A DNA stretch of 36,411 nucleotides, taken from assembly GCA_048938025.1 (NCBI GenBank), contig JBHLMP010000026.1, positions 18,600 to 55,010 of the forward strand. The letters are read 5' to 3'. This DNA is from Promethearchaeota archaeon (GTDB taxonomy: Archaea; Asgardarchaeota; Lokiarchaeia; Sigyniarchaeales; SOKP01). Positions within the stretch are counted from its first letter, which is position 1. Every line of letters starts with the position of its first letter. Both the position numbers and the translations under genes were made by a program. The notes under the pieces were generated by a model. It had not been told where the DNA came from and ran no database searches. It saw only the letters and a program-made list of their open reading frames with translations. Positions 8,678 to 17,353 of this stretch are shown piece by piece.

Positions 8678-10993
8678 TTAAGCTGGCGTAATCTTATCTT
8701 CTGCGGTTCTTATGATTTCGAGATAGTAATCAACATAATATTTGTTTACAATACCTCGGTATCTTGAAAGAAAATCTGTGATTTCTCGCATCATTGATAT
8801 GATTTTATTAGGTTCCATTAAAGTTTCAAGTCTTTCTCTGAATTCAATGAGTTTTGCTCTAACTCCTCTAATAACTTGTTCTTCAACATCAATAGGAAAA
8901 AACTTATTTACAAATATTTCAGCCTCCTTAAAGAGAGTTGTCTCTCCTTTCCACGATTTTAGATGTATACCAAATTTATCTTCAAATGCCTCTGAAAACT
9001 TTTTAATCCGTTTGTGGATTATTGGGAGATCTTTTTCTCCTAACATTGCAGTTGTGGTAGAATTTCCATGGTATAACATTACTTTCTTATCTTCTTGATC
9101 TACAGTGCGGAGGGATTTTTTACTCCCTGTAGCTTCTCGCACAAAATTAGTGAGTGCGGCTATCATTCCAGAAATCAGTGCTGGATCTTGAATTTCAATC
9201 CCAAAAGAGTATTCATATAGACTTAAACCATCTTTTGTTAGAACAAAAAGATTTCGCAAAGATTTTTCCCAATTTCTTTGCATAATATATTTTCGAGCGA
9301 TTAATCCTGTAGGTATTGCCAGAGCAGCTAATCCAATTGATAACATCACCCAAGGTAGGATGTCAACTTCAACTATTTCTTCAATCACAAATGTTGTTGA
9401 AAAATAAGCTATTTCAATACCATTTGTCCAAAAAATGATAACTTCATAGACTCCTTTTTTAAATCCTGAACTTAAAATAACCTCTGAGCTACTCATGGTT
9501 CCATTATTCGCTGTTAGACTCGTCTCGTTATAAAGTACTTGTCCTGAGGATGACTTTATAATAATTTGCCCGGTTCCTCCTGATATTGGTTCGTTAAGAG
9601 GGTTAAATATTTCTGCATCAATTCTTATAGTCTGATCTTTTTTGAATGTAATTTTATCTACAAAATCACTTCCGTCCTTAAGTTTAGTACTGATAGTGTG
9701 GCAATAATTTGGTGAGGTAAATACTCCTGTATAGGTCCCCCATTCTAAAGGTGGTCGAAGAAGAGTTGTAATCCCATAATAAGAATGATTATAGAGATTT
9801 ATCGGACCAAAAAAGATTTGTTCTACCTCATATCCATAAGAATCATAGAATCCCATAAAATTCCAATCCCTCTCAAATAAAAAGAAATAAAAATAGGTAA
9901 GACCTTCATATGGATAATCAATAGTCCATTGTATCATATCTTCATCAACAGAGTATGTTCCTGTTGCATTTCTTTGGTAAATATAGAGAGCTTCAATATA
10001 TACATTGCAAAACTGCAATGTTTGATTAGTAATTACTGTAACATTAAAATCGCTGGTCACAGGTGCATCAAGAACAATGGGATAATATGCTTCATATCCC
10101 AAAAACCCCCATGAACTTTGCTGATAAATTGGATCAATTATTTCACCATTAATTATATACTTTAAATCAAAATCTGCTGGATTAACTAAGGTTGAATAAG
10201 TGAATTTACATAACATATCAACAGTGTCATCATTAGGAATTGGAATTAAGGTTACTCCATCATATATTCTGGTAATTCCTTTATTATAAGTTGAACTGTT
10301 ATATTTTTCTGCTCTCCAAAAATCATTAGGAATTAGAACAGGTGGGTCTTTTGGAACTAAAAGATAAAAGAACAAATTATATTTTTTCTCAGGCTCAAAA
10401 ATATTAGCACGAGGATAGAAATCAACCCATTCTTCTAGATCCCATTTGTGTTCTTCTAGATACATCCAATCAATTTCTTCAGTGAAATCCTCATTATAAA
10501 TTTCGAGAATCATATAATAAGAATCAGTAGTTGGTTCTATTATCACTGAGCTATAATTCAAGTATAATGATATTGTCTCTATAGCAATTAAATCTTCTAC
10601 TGTGAATTCTTGTGTATAGCCAAGTGCAGGTGTTAAGCTTATTTGATTAGAAATATTATCTGCGATAATGATTTCCCCCCAAGCTGTTAAATTCCAAAAA
10701 TTATCTGTCCAGATTTCCAAAGTATGGATTTTAAATTCACGACCACTAAAAGATTCATTATGAGGGATTATAGTAGTGCTAGAATTTTGATATGACCAAA
10801 TATTGGTCTGAGATGTTTGATTATAATATAATATAGATATATCTCCATCATAATTTCCAGTATATATTCCATTATCTGCAGTACTTAATCCATTTTGTGT
10901 GTTATTTTGGGTACTAATAAAATTAAATCCAATAGAGATAATCGAGAATGTTATTAAACAGCTAATTATTATAATTTTTGAGTTTTTAGACAT
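8678..10993 (-). CDS. Single-pass membrane protein: signal/anchor, large beta-rich extracellular region, TM helix, cytoplasmic longin/roadblock-like domain
   Basis: N-terminal hydrophobic stretch; many NxS/T sequons; TM ILPWVMLSIGLAALAIPTGLIA followed by RK; C-terminal LFVLTKDGLSLYEYSF...DPALISGMIAALTNFVRE...FEDKF...WKGE pattern typical of Asgard longin-like domains. Confidence 0.75.
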   Translation of the reverse strand: MSKNSKIIIISCLITFSIISIGFNFISTQNNTQNGLSTADNGIYTGNYDGDISILYYNQTSQTNIWSYQNSSTTIIPHNESFSGREFKIHTLEIWTDNFWNLTAWGEIIIADNISNQISLTPALGYTQEFTVEDLIAIETISLYLNYSSVIIEPTTDSYYMILEIYNEDFTEEIDWMYLEEHKWDLEEWVDFYPRANIFEPEKKYNLFFYLLVPKDPPVLIPNDFWRAEKYNSSTYNKGITRIYDGVTLIPIPNDDTVDMLCKFTYSTLVNPADFDLKYIINGEIIDPIYQQSSWGFLGYEAYYPIVLDAPVTSDFNVTVITNQTLQFCNVYIEALYIYQRNATGTYSVDEDMIQWTIDYPYEGLTYFYFFLFERDWNFMGFYDSYGYEVEQIFFGPINLYNHSYYGITTLLRPPLEWGTYTGVFTSPNYCHTISTKLKDGSDFVDKITFKKDQTIRIDAEIFNPLNEPISGGTGQIIIKSSSGQVLYNETSLTANNGTMSSSEVILSSGFKKGVYEVIIFWTNGIEIAYFSTTFVIEEIVEVDILPWVMLSIGLAALAIPTGLIARKYIMQRNWEKSLRNLFVLTKDGLSLYEYSFGIEIQDPALISGMIAALTNFVREATGSKKSLRTVDQEDKKVMLYHGNSTTTAMLGEKDLPIIHKRIKKFSEAFEDKFGIHLKSWKGETTLFKEAEIFVNKFFPIDVEEQVIRGVRAKLIEFRERLETLMEPNKIISMMREITDFLSRYRGIVNKYYVDYYLEIIRTAEDKITPA

Positions 10994-11221
10994 ATTTTAA
11001 ACCCCATTTTATACAAAAAATTTAATTTGATTATAAAAGTAATAAAAATTGTTGTTTATATAACTAACTTTCAATGAAATTAGTTATTCTTTATTCTAAT
11101 CAAATTATAGAACTAGATTGATAAATTAATTCAAAGTTTATAAAGTAATTTGGTAAATTTTTAAGTATTAACCGAAGAATTTTTAAAAATAAACCAAGAG
11201 AGTTTATTTTGAATTATAGAA

Positions 11222-12520
11222 TTATAATTTTATTGAAAACGGGAATTCTTTAGTTTCTGTTATTTGGTTCGAATCGGGATCTTTAAAAGCAGTATCAATT
11301 TTGATTATATAATCTCCGACTTCTAAAGGTTTTAGGTTAATTTCCCATTTCATATCTTCGTTTGGCTTAAGAGAGTATATTTGTTTCTTTAAGGTTCCTC
11401 TCATTACTTTCATTTCATCTGGAAATTCAACTTCCACGTTAAGATCTAAAGCCTCTCCTTCACTTCTATTTTCTATTAATATTTCTAAAGGAAAAGTTTT
11501 ATCAATAAGAGGTGGTCTTAAATTATTTATTGATATATCTAATGAGGGAGGAGGGGATATTAGATTAGGGGTTAATTGTTGAGTTGTTTCGTGATAAAAA
11601 TTCAATTTACTATCTATTTCAGAAGTTAACAAAATTGGTCCTATGAACGGCTTTTCTAATTGAAAATGAGGTTTTATTTTAAATTTTAAAGTATACAATT
11701 GACCGGGATTTAACATAATAGGTAATTCTGGTTTCTCGTGAGTTGTAAAATTATCAGAAAGCTTTATTACTATTTTATTGATTTTTAATTCTCTTATTTG
11801 ATACTCGTAGAATGCATAATCCGAGATTTCTAATAGTGGATTTGTATCAATTTCTAAAGTTAATGTTATCAGATCATTAGTAGTATAAACATCTTTATCT
11901 AGATTTAAATTTGTTTTTAATATATTGTAAATTTTTGCTACTACTAACGCCTTTTTTACCAGATCTATTTCGGGCTCTCGAAAATTAAACTTATGAAAAT
12001 CACGTTCAATCTTTTTTAAATATTCAATTTTTTTATCATTAATTGCAATTGTTAAATCTTTAACAAGCCTAGTGAAATTATTTTCTTTAAAATATCTGTC
12101 ATCAACATAATTTTTAAATTTTTTAACTAAATTCAAACCCTCCTCTTGCCTTCCTTTTATAAGTAAACATAAATAAGACAGACAGGAAAATAATAAGATA
12201 TGATAATATCGATCACTCGAGTTTTTTAAATTTGGGACATACTCTAATGCTTTTTTATAAAAATCATATGCTTCTATAAAATTATCACTAAAAAGAGAGG
12301 TCCCACCAGCATTTCTTAAAGAATCTATACTTTGATAGATTTTTTCAATTTCCAAGTAAGATTTTGCTGCATTGAAAAAGCACTCTTTTGCCATTTCATA
12401 ATCACCTAAATCTACATAAGAGTTTCCCAAAGATGTAAAGCTTTTTGCAGCTTTTTTATACTGCATTGCATTATATAATTTATTAGCTTTATTTAGTAAT
12501 TTTTCAATGTCCTTTCCCAT
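11222..12520 (-). CDS. TPR/alpha-solenoid protein with C-terminal Ig-like beta-sandwich domains
   Basis: N-terminal helical repeats (KAAKSF..LG..Y..LGDYEMAKECF..AA); C-terminal FPLEILIENRSEGEALDLNVEVEFP...LKP.E.G.Y strand pattern. ATG at 12520 preferred over TTG at 12526. Confidence 0.7.
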   Translation of the reverse strand: MGKDIEKLLNKANKLYNAMQYKKAAKSFTSLGNSYVDLGDYEMAKECFFNAAKSYLEIEKIYQSIDSLRNAGGTSLFSDNFIEAYDFYKKALEYVPNLKNSSDRYYHILLFSCLSYLCLLIKGRQEEGLNLVKKFKNYVDDRYFKENNFTRLVKDLTIAINDKKIEYLKKIERDFHKFNFREPEIDLVKKALVVAKIYNILKTNLNLDKDVYTTNDLITLTLEIDTNPLLEISDYAFYEYQIRELKINKIVIKLSDNFTTHEKPELPIMLNPGQLYTLKFKIKPHFQLEKPFIGPILLTSEIDSKLNFYHETTQQLTPNLISPPPSLDISINNLRPPLIDKTFPLEILIENRSEGEALDLNVEVEFPDEMKVMRGTLKKQIYSLKPNEDMKWEINLKPLEVGDYIIKIDTAFKDPDSNQITETKEFPFSIKL

Positions 12521-12614
12521 TTTCAACTCACTTTACTAAAAAATCATATTAATTTTAAAATTAAAAATTAAAAGAAACATATAAATTATTAAATATTTTT
12601 ACAAATTTAATTTC

Positions 12615-12679
12615 CCGAACCCTTTGCAAGGCTAGTCCTTTTGCGACTATAATTTTCTCACAAAAGTCATTCTATTCGG
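12615..12679 (-). promoter_or_regulatory. Eukaryote-like (Lokiarchaeota-type) SECIS element
   Basis: RNA reads CCGAA-UAG-AAU-GA-CUUUUGUGA-GAAAAUUAUAG-UCGCAAAAG-GA-CUA-GCCUUGCAAAGGG-UUCGG: AUGA/GA tandem core, 9-bp upper stem, A-rich loop, directly after two UGA-containing genes. Confidence 0.9.
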
Positions 12680-13151
12680 TTTTTTTCTTCTTTTGGTCAT
12701 TAGAATCCTTATTTTTTTCTATTAATAAAGATTCTTTTATAGGGTTGCTGCCTAAATTTTCAATGATCTCTGAAATTCTAATCATTTCTTCTTGAAATCT
12801 CTGACCTTCTGCAGAGCTACAATGAAGCATTTGGACTCTATCTGGTGAAATTCCAGTAGTTTTCAAGATATCTTTAACGTAATTTACATTTCTTTCTGCT
12901 ACAAGATTTCCAGTCTCATAATCACATTCTCCTTCATATCATCCAGCCACTATGATTCCATCTGCTCCTTTACCAATTGCTCGCATCATTAAACTAGGAG
13001 TTACTCGTCCTGTGCAATTAATTCTTACTGGTCTAATTGTAGAAGGGTATTGGGCTCGAATTGTCCCTGCCATATCAGCACCTCCGTACCCTCACTTCAA
13101 ACATAGAAAAGCTAATATTTTTCTATCTCTACTTTCTGTTATTTTTATCAC
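12672..13151 (-). CDS. mvhD: MvhD/VhuD [2Fe-2S] hydrogenase delta subunit, selenoprotein with 2 Sec
   Basis: Reading through TGA at 13092-13094 and 12939-12941 gives KILAFLCLK-U-GYGGAD...RINCTGRV...GADGIIVAG-U-YEGECDY..GN, matching the MvhD CxxC / C / GC...C motifs. 159 aa from GTG; the ORF track shows only the last 64 aa. Confidence 0.93.
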
Positions 13152-13155
13152 CTCT

Positions 13156-15138
13156 TTATAATTCCTCCAATATTGCATCAATTTGCTTTTCATATTGAGG
13201 TTCTCGATAATATCTTAAAGTTATTGCTTCCGAAGGGCAATTAGCTAAACAAGATCCGCAACCTCTGCATAATATCTCGTTTACTTCCGCTCCATCATCC
13301 ATTAACTGTATTGCGTCATAAGGACAATTTAACTCACACAGACCACACTTCGCGCATTTTTCTTTATCAACAGTAGCACGAATTAATTTAATCCTATAAA
13401 TTTCCTTACCCATTAATCTTGAGAGTGACGATGCCGCCGCTCTACCTTGAGCTATTGACTCAGCTATAGATTTTGGACCCTGAGAGGCTCCTGCAAGAAC
13501 AATACCTGGAATTTTTGTATCTATTGGATTTAATCTTGAATGGAACTCTTTGAAAAATCCATCTTGACTGGTTTCAAGTTTTAATATCTTCTGAATTTTA
13601 TCAATTCCTTTCGCGGGAACCATTGATGCTGATAAAACAACTAAATCATATTCGAATTCTTTTATTCCTAAAGATTCCCTAAGAGTATTTTGGATGATGA
13701 CTTTAATATTATGAGTTTTAGGATCTTCTTGTAACTTGGAAATATTAGTTCTGATGTATCGAATACCTTCTTTTCGCGATGCCGTAAAGTATTCCTCATA
13801 ATCTTTACCAGCAGCTCTTATATCCATATATGCTACATCAATCTGAGTATCAGGATAATGTTGTTTAATTAATTTCGAGTTTTTAATTGCGATCATACAG
13901 CAAACACCTGAACTACAATACGTATTTTTGTTTAAATCTCTTGAACCTACACATTGAATAAATAGAACTCTTTTTGGTATTTTACCGTCAGATGGTCTGA
14001 AAAGATGTCCAAGTGTGGGTCCGTTAGGAGCTAAAATTCTTTCTAGTTTCAATTCTGTAATTACATTTGGATATATATTATAGCCAAGATAGCCTGTTTC
14101 TGGTTCGTATTCATCCCACCCTGTTGCTACAAGAACCGATCCTACTTTTAAAGTAATAAGTTCATCTTGTTGATCAAAATTAATTGCATCTAATTCACAG
14201 GCTTTCTGGCATAATCCACATTTAATACATTGGTTCATATCTATTTGAGCTATAGAAGGGACTGCTTGAGCAAAAGAAACATAGATTGCTTTTCTTGGAT
14301 TCATACCTTCATTGAACTCATCATAACCATAAACAGGACAAGGATCTATACAAGCTCCACACCCATTACATTCGTTTGTAACATATCGTGCTCTTTTCCT
14401 GATTGTTACGTTAAAGTTTCCCACGAATCCAGATATTTCTTCCACCTCACTATAAGTATAAAGATTCACTCCAGTAGTTCTTGAAGCTTGAAGCATGACC
14501 GGCCCAAGAATTCATATACTGCAGTCATCTGTAGGAAATGTTCTATCTAGCATTGCCATTTTTCCGCCAATAGTAGGATTCTTCTCAACTAGATGGACTT
14601 CAAACCCTTGTTCTGCTAAATCAATACCAGCAGTTAATCCGGCGACACCCCCACCTATTATTAATGCTTTTTGAGTTATATCTACTTCTTTTACTAAAAT
14701 TTTCTCTAAAACAGCAGCTCTAGCGACTCCGGATCTAATAGCATCTTCTGCTACCTTTTGAGCACCAGGTTTATCATTTCGATGTACAAAACTAGCATGC
14801 TCTCTAATATTTACAAATTCTAAGTATGAAGGATCTAATCCCATCGACTCTAAAACGCTTTGAAACACAGGCTCATGAGTTATAGGGGTGCATGATGCTA
14901 CAATCAATCTATTTGCATTATTTTCAATCATATTTTCTTTTATAAATTCAGCTCCAGGCTCCGTACATAGACTAATATAATCAGAAGCTCCTACAACATT
15001 AGGTAATGTTTTTGAAAATTCAACTAAAGCTTTACAATCTATTATCTCTGCTATATTTATACCTCACTGACAGACAGCAACATAAATTTTCGGTATTTCT
15101 CCGATATCTTTAATTTCATCGTGTTTGGTTTCTACCAT
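13156..15138 (-). CDS. hdrA: Heterodisulfide reductase subunit A, selenoprotein with 2 Sec
   Basis: One frame from ATG 15138 through TGA 15064-15066 (VAVCQ-U-GINIA) and TGA 14512-14514 (FPTDDCSI-U-ILGP) to TAA 13156; 660 aa. FAD motif GGGVAG, FIQCVGSRD, four CxxCxxC...C ferredoxin motifs. Joins track ORFs 14512..14931 and 13156..14496. Confidence 0.96.
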
Positions 15139-15337
15139 TGCATATCATTCCATTATATAATTTTTGATTGTCCTCCAAATCTTCGAGTTTTTTTATAATT
15201 ATAAATCTAAATATTATATTTTAATTAAATAAATTTAAATCAAAAATGTTTCTTATATCTTTTATAATATAGTCAGTTAAAAATTATTTTAAAAATAAAC
15301 TTAAGACTTTAAAATTAAACTTAATTTCATTGGTAAA

Positions 15338-15763
15338 ATGATACTAATGATATTCCAAGATGATACTCCCCTAATTGAGGATTTTATACCTCTCATTATT
15401 TTAGCAGCTTTGTTAATTGGAGATATTTTACTTTTAAAGCTTTTCTTGATAATAACTAAATCAGAGTCAAAAAAAGAAATAAAATGGGTTGTAATCAGTT
15501 TTGGTATCCAATTTGGATTGATTTTCTTTATCTGCCTTCCTCTATTTATAATTGGTCTTACAGGAGGATTTGATGAGCATGGACCAGACCCCGGAATAAT
15601 TATTCCATTTGTATTACTTTCTATGTTTATAGATTTGAATCTTATAAACGTAATTCATAAAATTGGAATTAAACGATCAGTAATTGTTGCATTTTTTATT
15701 TCAGCTCCAATAATTGCTGCAATGTTTATTTTAGGTCCATTAATTGCAAATCCGCCTGTCTAA
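15338..15763 (+). CDS. Small hypothetical membrane protein (about 4 TM helices)
   Basis: Four hydrophobic segments; divergent from hdrA. Confidence 0.75.
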   Translation: MILMIFQDDTPLIEDFIPLIILAALLIGDILLLKLFLIITKSESKKEIKWVVISFGIQFGLIFFICLPLFIIGLTGGFDEHGPDPGIIIPFVLLSMFIDLNLINVIHKIGIKRSVIVAFFISAPIIAAMFILGPLIANPPV

Positions 15764-15770
15764 AACTTCT

Positions 15771-16694
15771 TTAAAGTTTGATTTCTCTATTTATTTCATT
15801 ATTTATATTGATAATTTCATCTCTAGCAGCAACAGCAAATTTCTCTGGAGTATATTTATTATCTTTATTATATGCAAACATCACTCCACGAGAAGAATTA
15901 ACAATCCCTCCTAAACCATTTTTTTTGAATCCATATTTTATATCGATTGCCTGAGCACCCTGTGCTCCATAGCCTGGGATTAATATAAAAGAATTTTCGA
16001 CAATTTCTCTAATTCTTTTTAACTCATTTGGATAAGTAGCACCAACTACCACCCCTAAATTATGAAAACCAGAACGATTTCTTTCAAGGGTTAGTCCCCA
16101 ATTATAGACTAACTTTGCCATTTTGATATAATTTCTTTCTAACTTAATTGATTCTATTTCAAATTCAGTTTGTGAGTTTGAAACATTTTCAATCTTAGCA
16201 CAAAATAAATCTTGAAAGTCCTGACTACTTGGATTCGAAGTTTTTACTATAATGAATAGCCCCTTTTCTTTATAGTCTAAAAATGGTTTGACTCCATCGA
16301 TTCCAAAATATGCATTTATAGTACATGCATCTGCTTTATAGATAGTGTACGTAGCATCGGCATACGCTTTTGAAGTTGTTCCAATATCATTACGTTTTGA
16401 ATCTAATATTACTAATAAATCATTTTTATGAGCAAATTTAATAGTTTCCTTTAAAGCGTTTAAAGCTTCATATTTTTCATAAAAAGCAATCTGTGGTTTA
16501 ATAACTGGAATTAAGTCATGAGTATTTTCAATTAATTCTTTATTAAATTCTAAAATAATTTTGTCAGGGTGTTCATATTCTTTAATTAAATATTTGGGAA
16601 TTTCTCCCTCGTTATCCATTCTGGGATCGAGCCCCATAGAAACAACGCTTCTTTTTTCTTTTATTAATTGAATTAATTGTTCAATAAAATCCAT
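15771..16694 (-). CDS. pyrF: Orotidine-5'-phosphate decarboxylase
   Basis: GLDP, KPQIAFYE, DSKRNDIGTT (DxKxxDIxxT), KTSNP, VVGAT, LIPGYGAQG, NSSRG. ATG at 16694 (MDFIEQL) is more plausible than TTG at 16739. Confidence 0.95.
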   Translation of the reverse strand: MDFIEQLIQLIKEKRSVVSMGLDPRMDNEGEIPKYLIKEYEHPDKIILEFNKELIENTHDLIPVIKPQIAFYEKYEALNALKETIKFAHKNDLLVILDSKRNDIGTTSKAYADATYTIYKADACTINAYFGIDGVKPFLDYKEKGLFIIVKTSNPSSQDFQDLFCAKIENVSNSQTEFEIESIKLERNYIKMAKLVYNWGLTLERNRSGFHNLGVVVGATYPNELKRIREIVENSFILIPGYGAQGAQAIDIKYGFKKNGLGGIVNSSRGVMFAYNKDNKYTPEKFAVAARDEIININNEINREIKL

Positions 16695-17156
16695 AATGAG
16701 AATAGATTCATTTTTATGTATTTTAAATAAATTTGGCAATGCTCATATTAGTTATTGACATTAAATGATCAAATTTTAGAAATTTTTGATAATGATATTA
16801 CATTCTTAAATCTTATGAAATTTTCCATCTGATTATAATTAAGAAGTGGATTCTAAAAAAATTAGTGATTGGTGATTTTTTTAGAAAAATTTGGGAATAA
16901 CATCTATAAAAACTGTGGTTTTTATTAATAACATCATAGTTTACTGGATTATTTATACGAATTTTTTCAAATTTATTTAAAGATAAGATATTAAAAAAAA
17001 TTCCTATGAATTCTAAATTTGTATATAAAACTTTAAAAAAAAATATCATTATTGAAATTTTCTTAATTTTCAATTTTTTTCGTGAAATTACAAAAAGATG
17101 TAATTGAAATAGTTATTTATTTAATTAATCAATGAGTTATTTCATATATAAATAAT

Positions 17157-17171
17157 CGAAATACTTAAATA
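17157..17171 (+). promoter_or_regulatory. Putative archaeal BRE/TATA promoter
   Basis: CGAAA followed by TACTTAAATA; the expected start site (about 17190) coincides with the first leader hairpin. Confidence 0.45.
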
Positions 17172-17190
17172 TCAAACTATTTCTTAGTTA

Positions 17191-17353
17191 TTTGGGTTGA
17201 GAAATAAAATTCATGAAAAATCAATCCAAAGTGAAAAAAAATGTTTATTTTTAACATAAAAAGATCGAATTGTGTATTTAGCACAAATCGATTTTATGAA
17301 TAAATTCTGAAATATTCTTCTTTTATTCTCCTAAAAAAATAGGGGGTAATATT
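17191..17353 (+). promoter_or_regulatory. Structured 5' leader with three hairpins, the last covering the SD-like GGGGGU
   Basis: UUUGGGUUGA/UCAAUCCAAA (17191-17230); CAUAAA..AUCGA.UUGUGU/GCACAA.UCGAU-UUUAUG (17255-17298); UCUCCUA/UAGGGGG (17327-17346). Confidence 0.5.

Noticed and set aside
12952-13161. 69-aa plus-strand ORF
   Set aside because: Antisense shadow of the real Sec-containing mvhD.
12672-15138. hdrA and mvhD as pseudogenes or split genes
   Set aside because: All four interruptions are TGA, in frame, at conserved Cys positions, with no frameshifts and a SECIS downstream.
16813-17073. 86-aa minus-strand ORF in the pyrF intergenic region
   Set aside because: TTG start, I/K/F/N-rich composition expected from AT-rich noncoding DNA, no recognisable motif.
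17191-17353. Canonical cobalamin riboswitch or tRNA
   Set aside because: No B12-box/GGGAA core and no cloverleaf or T-loop; kept only as an unknown structured leader.
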